This document shows, one piece after another, positions 23,868 through 34,968 of a stretch of DNA of 64,000 nucleotides (positions within the stretch are counted from its first letter, which is position 1; each line of letters begins with the position of its first letter). The notes under the pieces were generated by a model. The model did no database searches and was not told the DNA's origin. It was given only the letters and a program-made list of their open reading frames with translations. The stretch comes from Octopus sinensis (Eukaryota), in assembly GCF_006345805.1 (NCBI RefSeq), contig NC_043004.1, positions 11,532,001 through 11,596,000 on the forward strand, written 5' to 3'. The position numbers were made by a program, and so were the translations under genes.

Positions 23868-24234
23868 TTATTTGTTTCAGTCATTAGACTGCGACCATAC
23901 TGGGGCACCACCTTGAAGAGTTCAGTCGAGCAAAGGGTTCGGCCTCGTACTTATTCTGTCTTCAACCGCTAAGGTACGCGGACATAAACAAACCTCCACC
24001 GGTGATGGAGCACAAATACGAACTCTCATAGTTATATATATAAAACTATCTATTTATACATGCATACAAACACACGCGCATACACACACATGCATACATA
24101 GAGATACATACATATATACATGCACATACCTCATACATACATAATACACACATATATACATACATACATGTTTACCTATACATACACATATGCATATATA
24201 CATACACACATACATACATACATACATACATACA

Positions 24235-24266
<32 letters not shown>

Positions 24267-24420
24267 CACGGTGGGCTTCTTTCAATTTTCGTTTTCCGAA
24301 TCCACTCACAAATCTTTGTCAGCACGCGACTATTGCAGAAGACACCTGCACTTAATATCACGCAGTGGGACTGAGCCCGGAACTACGTGGTTGGAAATCA
24401 AACTCATTAACGGCGCAGCA
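23868..24420 (-). mobile_element. OK-like SINE with expanded internal (TACA)n
   Basis: Tail TTGTTTCAGTCATTAGACTGCGACCATACTGGGGCACCACCTT. Head GCAGAAGACACCTGC..CACGCAGTGGGACTGAGCCCGGAAC. Confidence 0.8.
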
Positions 24421-25091
24421 ACATCTTCACTGACATAATAGTAAGGTTGAGTCAAATACATCACGAAAATTGTTCTAATTTTGAGTCAGGTTTCCTTCCT
24501 AACAAACCGAAAGCAAAATCACAGATTCAGCCGTTAGGCGAAAACTGAAGTTAAAGACACATTCAGTTTTTTTTTTGTTTTTTACTTACATTTTCTCTAT
24601 GTGCGCTGCATTTGTAGTTTGTTACTCTTACTCACCCTCTTTGTTACTCTACTACAGACGGGATAGGCTACATCGAACAAAGTAATTAAATTTTTAGTAA
24701 ATGTTCTCTATGTATACATATGTATGTATGTAATCATTTTAAAAATTACTATTAATTGAATATTTTTTTATCAAAGTCGTTGTGGTTAGATAAGAGAATA
24801 GAAGAAGAGATAAGCCTTCACGTACGAACTTAATTATACATATAATAATTAAGCAATTATACGCAACTGAACATGAGATAACAATTGTAATACGATGGTA
24901 ACTTAATTATGCCTTCGTACTTTTGAAAACTATTTTCTCTTCTTTATTTTCACTTTGTTTTCAAATTACATTCTTAATTATTAGAGAACACCCCGCCTAA
25001 ATCGTGTTGTTGTTGCTGTGAGGGGACTTCATACAGAGAAAAAAAAAGCGAGAGACTTTAGGCGGCATACACAGAGATACAGACACACACG

Positions 25092-25147
<56 letters not shown>

Positions 25148-25465
25148 TTCACATATACATATACTTATATACTTATATATATATATACATATATATACAT
25201 ACATACATACATACATATACGCACTCACACACATATATATGTATATATGTATATATATGTATATATATACATACATATATGCATATACATATATGCACAT
25301 ATACATGTATACGTGTTATATATATATATATTATATATATATATATATATCTCTATATATATATATATATACATATATACATATATATATATAATATATA
25401 TATACATATTACATATATACATATATATATACATAATATACTATATACATATATATATACATATA

Positions 25466-25501
<36 letters not shown>

Positions 25502-25952
25502 TTATATATATATATATATACATTTATACGTATATATATCTATATATAAATCATCATAGAGAAAAATAACAATGTAACATTTTGTCACCATTTGCCAAAC
25601 AGACAATTTTGATGGGAACAAATGCCACATTTCATTTCAAATCCGTAAATGCTAAAGTAATTAAACAAATAATATTTTAAACCGCTAACTAACTCTCAAT
25701 ATATGACTCATACACGACAAAGCAATTTTCCTAATGATTCCGCAGGCCTTGGATCACCAACTCCTGTTGGAGCAGAAAGGATGCTGTCATCGGAAATAGA
25801 CAGAAAGAGAAGCAGAGATAGGAAAGGACATCACAATTTATTAATTGAACACGATTACTGTTACCTTTACTCACACACACGAAGAGAAACGTTCTCATAC
25901 ACAATAACAGTGTTTGCGCGAGAGAGGAGTAAGTGAAACAGTAAAACGTCTA

Positions 25953-26486
25953 TTGTTTCAGTCATGTGACTGCGGCAAATGCGTGAGCACCACCTTTAGT
26001 CGAAACTAATCGAACCCCAGAATTTATTCTTTGTAAACCTAGTACTTATTCTGTCGGTCTCTTTGCGGAACTGCTAAGTTACGGGAACGTAAACACACCA
26101 GCATCGGTTGTCAAGAGATGTAGGGGGGACAAACACAGACATACAAACATATATAGTATTTATATATATCTATATATATATATATATATCTATATATGGG
26201 AGGCCTAGTGGTTAGGGCAGCGGACTCGCGGTCGCAGGATCGCGGTTTCGATTCCCAGACCGGGCGTTGTGAGTGTTATTGAGCGAAAACACCTAAAAGA
26301 TCCACGAGGCTCCGGCAGGGGGTGGTTATCCCTGCTGTACTCTTTCACCACTCTTTTTCTCACTCTTTCTTCTGTTGGCCTGCTCGCTTAGCCAGCGGGG
26401 TGGCGTCATTCGAAGGCTAAAACAATGCGAACGCATTGTGACCAGCGATGTGTAACAACATCTGATGGTCTGGTCGGTCACGTGAT

Positions 26487-26534
<48 letters not shown>

Positions 26535-26630
26535 GACGGGCTTCTTTCAGTTTCTGTCTATTAAATCCACTCACAAGGCTTAGGTCGGCCCGAGGCTAGA
26601 GTAGGAGATAGTTGCCCAAGGTGCCACGCA
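25953..26630 (-). mobile_element. OK-like SINE interrupted in its internal (TA)n by another SINE
   Basis: 3' half at 25953-26150 and 5' half at 26533-26630, with the insert at 26198-26493. Confidence 0.9.
26198..26493 (+). mobile_element. ~295-bp tRNA(Arg)-like SINE (resembles octopus OR2)
   Basis: Shares the head and first ~150 bp with 17508, then has a different tail ending GGTCACGTGATCACGTGA. The tail also occurs at 59012-59130 (minus). Confidence 0.85.
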
Positions 26631-26647
26631 CCTTGGACAAGCATCAT

Positions 26648-26812
26648 ATTTCTTTATTGCCCACAAGGGACTAAATATAGAGGGGACAAACAAGGACAGA
26701 CAAAGGGATTAAGTCGATTACATCGGCCCCAGTGTGTAACTGGTACTTAATTTATCAACCCCGACAGATTAAAAAGCAAAGTCGAGCTGGGCGGAATTTG
26801 AACTCAGAACGT
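26648..26812 (-). mobile_element. Nin/Deu-domain SINE, tail type B
   Basis: Reverse complement of ~62620-62786, including TTTCTTTATTGCCCACAAGGG..GGGGACAAACAAGGACAGAC. Confidence 0.9.
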
Positions 26813-27344
26813 AAAACTGCTAACCATATGGTTCGAATCATCGACGCCTGATTGGCAGGGCGAAGCGTCTGAAAACCTACTGTCCTGATATATGACCTGT
26901 GCTGGACAACTCAAACCTGACGAAGTGCATTTCTTTCCAGATCTGAGAACAGTTGATGTTTTTGTTTTCTTTAATGTGAGACTGAGGAATAACTCGCAGT
27001 ACTGCTCTGGTATTTTATTTATTGATCCTGAAAAGATGAAAGTCAAATTTGATCTGAGCTGGATTTGTGTTCAGAGGGCAGACAAGCTGTACAACTACCA
27101 ATTGACATTCTAGCTGAAGCTATAACTACACAGACAATTTATCGTTTCATGTGATTACATTAAATTTTTTTTCTTGGTCCCCAGGACACAAAGGGACAAG
27201 TGTAGAGAGGCGTGGCTTAGTGGACAGGGTATAGGCTTCATGATCGTAAGATTTTTGGTTCGATTCCTTGAACTGGGCGGCGCTTTGTTCTTGAGCAAAA
27301 CATTTCGATTCACGTTCTTCCAGTTCATTCAGCTAACAAAATTG

Positions 27345-27670
27345 GGCAAGTGCCTTTTACTATAGCTTCGAGCTGACCAAAGCCTTGTGAGTGGATTTGG
27401 TAGATGGAAACTGAAAGAAGCCCGTCGTATATATATGTATATATATATATATATATATGTGTTCGTATATGTATATATATTAATATATATGTGTGTGTGT
27501 GTGTGCGTGTATGTGTGTGTGTGTGTGCGTGTATATGTTTGTGTGTCTGTTTTTGTCCCCCAACATTGCTTGACAACCGATGCTGGTGTGTTTACGTCCC
27601 CGTAACTTAGCGGTTCGGCTAAAGAGAGCGATAAAATAAGTACTAGGCTTACAAAGAATGCGTCCTGGGC
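27345..27670 (+). mobile_element. OK-like SINE fused to the head (27205-27340) of another SINE family
   Basis: CCAAAGCCTTGTGAGTGGATTTGGTAGATGGAAACTGAAAGAAGCCCGTCG..GTCCCCGTAACTTAGCGGTTCGGC. Confidence 0.9.
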
Positions 27671-27861
27671 TCGAAATGCCGCTAACCATTTTTGCCTGAT
27701 GTGCAAACGATTCTCCTAGTTAACCGCGTTAGGCAATTACATTAAAATCTGTTTATAAAAAAAAATCACATTTATATTTAATGACTAAATCCATGAATCG
27801 AAACAAAAATTATTAGATCAATCATTTGTTGGAGCATTTCTGTGATTATCTCTATATTTTA

Positions 27862-28266
27862 TCTTTTAATTGTTTCCACCATTAGACTGCGGCTATTCTG
27901 GGGCACCGCCTTGAAGGGTTTTAGTCGAACGAATCAACGCCCAGACTTATCTTTTCAAGACTAGCACCTATTCTTCTAGTCCCTTAGGCCGAACCACTAT
28001 GTTGCGGGGGCCTAACATACCAACACCGGTTGACAAGCGGTGATGGGGGACAAACACAGACATAAAGGCATACACTCCACACACACACACATACATACAC
28101 GCATATATATATATATGTATATATACGGCGGGCTTCTTTCACTTTTCGTCTACCAAATCCACTCACAGGGCTTTGGTCGGCCAGGGGTTATAGTAGAAGA
28201 CACTTGCCAAAAGCGCCACGCAGTGGGAGTGAATCCGGAACGGTGTGGTTGGAAAACAAGCTTCTT
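27862..28266 (-). mobile_element. OK-like SINE
   Basis: Collinear with the reverse complement of 41761-42160. Confidence 0.9.
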
Positions 28267-28267
28267 A

Positions 28268-28452
28268 TTTCTTTATTGCCCACAAGGGGCTAAACATAGA
28301 GGGGACAAACAAGGACAGACAAAGGGATTAAGTCGATTATATCGACCCCATTGTGTAACTGGCACTTAATTTATCGACGCCGATACGATAAAAGGCAAAG
28401 TCGACCTCGGCGGAATTTGAACTCAGGACATAAAGACAGACGAAATACCGCA
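28268..28452 (-). mobile_element. Nin/Deu-domain SINE, tail type B
   Basis: AAAGGCAAAGTCGACCTCGGCGGAATTTGAACTCAG plus the type B tail. Confidence 0.9.
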
Positions 28453-28942
28453 CACGGCCCCGCCTTCGCCTATATGTGATTAATATATATATTTTACTAT
28501 TTTTCCATGCTTAACACCGGAGCAGTCCTCATTGGGTAGTTGGGTAGATATCTATCACGAAAGGCTTACAAGGTGTAATCATTCTATAGTTTTAGGAGGT
28601 AGTATATACCTACTATTACTCAATGCAATGTTGAGCCTGCTAAAGACGGCAAGTTGCTATTTGAAGATTTGACTTCTATTTCTAGCAATTAGATTGACCG
28701 CTTAGAAGCACCTTCTTTGCCTGGTACCTTTATTGAGTGTAAGGTTTCTTTTATCAGCATTTTCGCAATGAAAGATAATGGTCCGAGGGATAATATTCCT
28801 TAGACTATATAAATTTACTGATAAAGTTTGTCATAATTATCACATACTCGGTTTCTGTCTGTCTGTCTCTGGTCTCTCTTACACACACACATACATGTAT
28901 GAGTGTGTGAACATATATATTATGTACATCTATCTATATATA

Positions 28943-29009
<67 letters not shown>

Positions 29010-29536
29010 GATAGATAGATAGATAGATATACATATACATATATATATAATATATATATATATATACATATATATATTGTAAGAGTTCCTAATTAATATA
29101 TTTTTCTAACAAATAATTGCTGTTGTTAATCTCATAGAGAATTGTGATCAAGGAAAATTTAAGACTAAACAATCTTATTTATTTGATTTTCTTTTTCAGA
29201 ATCCTACTATCTATGTAATTATTCTAATTTAAAGATGATTTCACTTTTCATTCTAGTACATAAAACCAGCTCATAAGCGCTCTCTCTTTAACCGGAGTTC
29301 TTTTCTCAATTATCGTTGCTTTAATTTTCTTTCACCGAGTTGGATTGAAAATGGAGCTCCCGTTTTCTTTTCACTATCTAGCACAATTGGTGTAAACATG
29401 TACGATGTTGTCAGCGTACATTTCATTAGCGGGATTGGATATGCTCAAGTGATTTGTTAAAAATAGCAGTTACATCTCTTTCGAATCATACCCTCCCTCC
29501 GTCTCTCTCTCTCTTTTTCTCTCCCTGTCTCACTCT

Positions 29537-29613
<77 letters not shown>

Positions 29614-29978
29614 TCATATATACACACACACATATATATATATATATACACACATAAATTTATATATATAAGGATAAGATCGTTATTTAAATACCTATCT
29701 TATCAGGTGGCCAGCATGGGAATAAAATCCTTCAAAGATAATAATTATTAATAAAATTATAATTTAGGGTATCTTAGAGATACCACCACGCTGGAAATAG
29801 TAGCCTAAACTTGACTCTAAAACCACATTAAATGTTCATACTGCACCAGGAGAGAAGGGACAAATTAAACTGGTCGTGTGCACACGTGCATATATATGTA
29901 TGGATACGTTCGTATATGTAAGTATATCATGTGTTGTATACATACATATATATTTGTATTTCTGTGATATCTGAATAT

Positions 29979-30036
29979 ATTCCACTGATGAAGGCAGAGC
30001 AGTTCTTATGCAGAGCCAGAAATCCAAGATCTAGAT
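29979..30036 (+). ncRNA. Hammerhead-like motif, slightly degenerate
   Basis: UCCA-CUGAUGA-AGGC..GCA..UGC..GCCA-GAAA-UC-CAA-GAUC^-UAGA. Full core, 3-bp stem III, AUC triplet. Mismatches at 10.1/11.1 and in stem I. Confidence 0.55.
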
Positions 30037-30094
30037 TTATCCAGAATTTGTTTTATTTCTTTTTGGAAGGAGGGCTAGTTTATTTTCTCCTTTT

Positions 30095-30770
30095 GTTATT
30101 TTGGTTATAAAGGCTGAGCACAGCGATTTGGAAATATCTTGATTCTTAAAAGTTGCCAGATTATTCGTCTGAGCTAGAGACTGAAGATGGAAACGTGTCA
30201 CCAATATCAAAGCATAAAAAGCATGTTAAACGCTCTGAAATCATCAGAACACCTGAATTTATCCAGCAAGTTCAACAGAATATTGGTTACAATTCCAGAA
30301 ATTCCAAGAGGTCAATTGCGAAAGATCTCCATGAGTCAGAAGGAACAGTTAGAAATGTTGTCCACGAAGACATCATATAGAAGTCTTATACGATGAGGAA
30401 AGATCAATTTGTCAGAAAAGACAAACGAAAATCACTACATCAGATTTAAAAGCCTCTTAGGCAAACTGAAAATTCCAGTAGACGTGATTTGGTTTTTCTC
30501 AGACGAGAAAAACTTCAACCATGATCAAAAAGTTAACAGAAGAAATGACAGATGGTTATGTGCAAACTCTTCTAAAGTTCCAAGTGTTATGCATGCAAAA
30601 TTTCCTGCAACTGTCATGGTTTTGGGGTTTGTCGGCAATGAACGACATGTGATACTTCCTTACTTCTTTCCACAGGGCCTCAGAGTGAACTCTGCTACAT
30701 TGAGGTTCTGGAAATAACTGTTAAGACCTGGATAGACTGTGTATATGCAATGGAAGGTCATATGTGTATA
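30095..30770 (+). pseudogene. maT/DD37D-like Tc1/mariner transposase remnant
   Basis: IRTPEFIQQVQ..SKRSIAKDLHESEGTVRNVVHEDI..WFFSDEKNFNHDQKVNRRNDRWLC..KFPATVMVLGFVGNERHVILPYFFPQGLRVN, with frameshifts and stops. Confidence 0.88.
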
Positions 30771-30784
30771 AAGTAATAAAAAGT

Positions 30785-31085
30785 CATCATTCCGTCAACA
30801 TTTTGTCAATGTTGTTCTCATAGATTGTTCATTGACAGCAATATATATCCTCATTTTTTTCTGAGCAATACTCTCTCTTCATCTGGTAGATAAACTTGCA
30901 ATCTAACTGTCGCATGTGCTTTCATGAATTGAAAATCCTAAAATGAATACAACCGCTTCGGATGGTCCAACATACCTACCCATTATATATTGACTTATTC
31001 TGTTACTATTATCCATCTGAACAGTAGCTTGTTCATTTCCTTTCAGCACGTATTTCATGACGTACTTAATTGACCTCACTGAGGC
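30785..31085 (-). pseudogene. Helitron Rep/helicase fragment
   Basis: SVRSIKYVMKYVLKGNEQA..ISQYIMGRYVGPSEAVVFILGFSIHE (fs) ATVRLQVYLPDEERV..MRTTLT matches the Helitron pattern IKYLFKY..KG.D..RY....EA.WRI.GF.IH...V.RL.VHL..TTLT. Confidence 0.85.
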
Positions 31086-31177
31086 AAGGATTCCAAGGTA
31101 CGACCCATTTGTTGTTTGTTTTTCCGTTCTTATGAGATTCAGTTCTCTCCATTGCAACTGATCTTCGTCTATAAAGA

Positions 31178-31476
31178 GATTAAAATGATAATGATTAATA
31201 TTTTATTTAAAATAAAATAGTAATTTTCCCCTTTAAGAAAAAAAAAACAATTATCAAGTACTCGTGATTCAAAAATATCTCATGAAAATATCGGGAGAAT
31301 TTTTATCTTTCAAGTCCACAGCAACCCGAAAGTTGTATAAATGATTATGGGGAGAAAAAAAGAAAAGAAAAAGAATGGACGGACGATGACTCTTTGATAT
31401 GTCGACATTTTCATCTTGATTTATTTTTCTTAAAGGGGAAATGACCATTTTATTTGTAATCTCTATCGTTTTAATC
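31178..31476. repeat. Imperfect inverted-repeat (MITE-like) element
   Basis: GATTAAAATGATA..AAATAAAATAGTAATTTTCCCCTTTAAGAAAAA mirrors TTTTTCTTAAAGGGGAAATGACCATTTTATTT..TATCGTTTTAATC. Confidence 0.65.
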
Positions 31477-31528
31477 AAATGGCAGGAAAACTAATTTTGA
31501 GTATAATAACTTTTTTTTATACGCCTAG

Positions 31529-32085
31529 GTTTAGAAAATGACCTCAATCCGTTTTTGTACGGAAGAACTGGGTATTAATCCGAGCATAGCTGTTCATTGC
31601 AACAATTATGTTCGTGAGATGTGTGCGGAGGACCTGCTCCGCAACTCAGTTCAGTTAGGTGGTCCCGAGAAGATCGTGGAGCTAGACGAAACAGTATACT
31701 CAAAACGCAAATACAACCAAGGGAGAATGCTACCTGAACAGTGGGTCTTTGGAGGAGTATGTCGCAAGACGAGGGAAGTTTTCCTTTACGCTGAACCAAG
31801 TCGGCTCCGCGAAACACTAAAGGACTGCATACAATACTCAGTTCTTCAAGGAACCACTATCTTCAGTGAGCTATGGCGAGCTTATAATCATATCCCAGAA
31901 ATCGATGGCTATGATTTCAAACATAAAACTGGGAGTATATGGCTGTCTTTAAAGTGTAGAAACAAACACCAATGTGGAACACCGTTCCATGGTTGACTCA
32001 TATCTTTGCGAATTTATGTGGAGAAGGAAATATGAAAAAGATAGTTTATTTTGTAATATCCTAGAGCGTATTGAAAACTTAAATA
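31529..32085 (+). pseudogene. Merlin-superfamily (ISXO2/IS1595-like DDE) transposase remnant
   Basis: YVREMC..LGGPEKIVELDETVYSKRKYNQGR..QWVFGGVCR..RETLKDCIQYSVLQGTTIFSELWRAY..(deletion of the VNHS..HTQ.IE block)..SIWLSLK..(fs)..DSYLCEFMWRRKY. Confidence 0.92.
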
Positions 32086-32465
32086 AATGTCTGTTTAAGC
32101 AATGTTTTGACTGTTATTTCTAGCAACTCCAGTTGGTTGGTTCGTAGCTCTTAAATATTAATTTCCTCGCGCATGTTTTAATGTTTTGCAGCTATTTCTA
32201 ATGATTTGACATACCGGTGCCTCTCCCCCCATATTCTCGGTACTGTGACAGATGTTGGAAGAGACAGTGAACGCGTTGTTTTTTGACTGAATGAAAATTA
32301 TGAAAATTATCAAACTTTGAACACCTGTGACATTTTCGCAAAATTTTTTCTGGAATAAATGAATAACAAATTCTGTTTCAGCGTCAGAAATGACACCTAT
32401 ATGCTACATTACAAAGTTCTTTTAAAGATTTCGACATGCAGTGACTCAAACCGCAACGATTCTAT

Positions 32466-32824
32466 TTGATTGTGGACATGCTGGAACACCGCCTTTAGTC
32501 GAGCAAATCGATCCCAGGACTTATTCTTTGTAAGCTTACTAGTTATTCTATCGGACTCTTTTGCAGAACCGCTAAGTTACGGGGACGAAAACACACCAGC
32601 ATCAGTTGTCAAGCGATGGTAGGGGGACATACAGACACACAAACACACACATATATATACATACGGGCTTCTTTCAGTTTCCGACTACCAAATCCACTCA
32701 TACGGCTTTGGTCGGCCCGAGGCTATAGTAGAAGACACCTGCCCAAGGTGCCACGCAGTGGGACTGAACCCGGAACCATATGGTTGGTAAGCAAGCTACT
32801 CACCACACAGCCAATCTTGCGCCT
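32466..32824 (-). mobile_element. OK-like SINE
   Basis: Near-consensus copy, collinear with 41761-42160 reversed. Confidence 0.92.
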
Positions 32825-32870
32825 ATATATAAATAGATAGATATATAGATAGATAGACAGACAGACAGAC

Positions 32871-32952
<82 letters not shown>

Positions 32953-33491
32953 GTTTCTTTATTGGCCACACAGGGCTGCACACAGATGGGACAAGTTACA
33001 AGGTAGAGCTTTTTGTTTTGGAGGATGAAAAAAACAAAAAACAAAAGAAACAAAAAAAGGGGTGGCGTAGGTTTTCGATCAAGAGGGATCGTAAAAGGGA
33101 AGAAAATAACAAAAAAAAAATAAATAAATAAAAATAAAAAAAAGAAGAAAAGGAAAAGGAACAAAAGAAAAGAAATGGAAAAAGAAGAAAAAAGGGGGAA
33201 AAAGGGGAAGAGGAAAAAAAACGATCAATAGGGATCGTGTATCACAGTGTTATGATATATGGTGTAAAGGGGAAAGCAAGTAAGGTTTATCCGTGGAAGA
33301 AAAGCCTACGAAAAAGACCACGGTAACCTTGGTCAATATTGTTATGTATTACCACATTTGTTTGCAAGTGGGTAACCCTCTGTTTTCAATTTCTGGGTTC
33401 ATAGGATTATGCTCAAGGTGGCTTCGCCATTCATACGTGCCATCCTTGCTATATTCACCCATCTTTTTTTAAAACATTCGCTAGACAAAAC
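32953..33491 (-). mobile_element. 3' end of a Tx1/L1-like LINE inserted in a (GATA)n tract
   Basis: Minus strand reads [30 protein letters not shown] (F..RW C-terminal pattern), then a T-rich 3' UTR ending CCAATAAAGAAAC. (GATA)n lies on both sides. The clade assignment is inference. Confidence 0.65.
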
Positions 33492-33512
33492 GATACATAG
33501 ATAGATAGATAT

Positions 33513-33576
<64 letters not shown>

Positions 33577-33622
33577 GCAGACATACATACAGACAGACAG
33601 TCAGACAGACAGACAGACAGAC

Positions 33623-33704
<82 letters not shown>

Positions 33705-33750
33705 GCAGACATACATACAGACAGACAGTCAGACAGACAGACAGACAGAC

Positions 33751-33807
<57 letters not shown>

Positions 33808-33877
33808 TAGACAGATACAGCAGACAGACAGACAGGCAGACATACATACAGACAGACAGTCAGACAGACAGACAGAC

Positions 33878-33930
<53 letters not shown>
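33492..33930. repeat. (GATA)/(GACA) microsatellite with a ~130-bp higher-order period
   Basis: GGCAGACATACATACAGACAGACAGTCAGACAG occurs at 33576, 33704 and 33835. Confidence 0.9.
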
Positions 33931-34302
33931 TACACATATACATAGAGAGAGAGTGAGCCAGAGAGAGAAAGAAAGAAACAAACAAACAAACAAACAAACA
34001 AAAAAAAAGAAAGAAAGATGGAAAGGAAGAAAGAGAAAGATTTAATGATATAGCCCTAGGTACACAAACTACGAGAGGAAACAACTGGATTGTAATGGTT
34101 TGAATTGCTTTCATCGTAGATCTTCATTCATTCTGGTCTGCACAAGAGCTGGGCAAGAAAAATATTTGTACGCCATTATTGACATACTTCGTTATCTATC
34201 ATTGAAGTGCTAATTAAAATATAACGGTTTAATGTTAAGATAAATAAAGGGAAATAGAACAAAATGTAGCCTTCACGCATTCCAAATACGGAATAGCTAT
34301 TC

Positions 34303-34510
34303 TTTTATTTGTTTCAGTCATTTGACTGCGGCTATGCTTGAGCACCGCCTTTAGTCGAGTAAATCGACCCAAAGACTTATATACAGTGTAAGCCTAGTAC
34401 TTATTCTATCGGTCTCTCTTTCGGAACAGCTAGGTTACGGGAAGGCAAACACACCAGCATCGGTTGTCAAGCGATGTTGGTGGGGGGGACAAACACAGAC
34501 ACACAAACAA

Positions 34511-34554
<44 letters not shown>

Positions 34555-34748
34555 TATATATATATATATATATAAATTATATACAACGGGCTTCTTTCAG
34601 TTTTCGTCTACCAAATCCACTCACAAGGCTTTGGTCGTCCCGAGGTTATCGTAGAAGACACTTGCCCAAGGTGCCACGCAGTGGGACTGAACCCAGAACG
34701 ATGTGGTTGGTAAGCAAGCTAGTTACCACACAGTCACTCCTATGCCTA
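34303..34748 (-). mobile_element. OK-like SINE, full length
   Basis: Collinear with the family consensus. Confidence 0.92.
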
Positions 34749-34805
34749 TATGTTAATGATGCAGGTGAAGTAAATTATACCCTAACAGGGTTTACACGTT
34801 TAAGC

Positions 34806-34968
34806 CTTTCTACTATAGGCACAAGGGGCCAGTCGATTACATCGACCCCAATGTTTCACTGATACTTAATTTATCGACCCCGAAAAGATGAATGACAAAG
34901 TTGACCTCTGTGGAATTTGAACCCAGGACGTTGCGACGGGCGAAATACCGCTAAGAATTTCGTCCAGC
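34806..34968 (-). mobile_element. Nin/Deu-domain SINE (tail type A)
   Basis: CTTTCTACTATAGGCACAAGG..TACTTAATTTATCGACCCCGAAAAGATGAA..GGAATTTGAAC. Confidence 0.85.

Noticed and set aside
24797-24950. Degenerate AT-rich inverted repeat
   Set aside because: Short matching blocks and no defined ends. Too decayed to classify.
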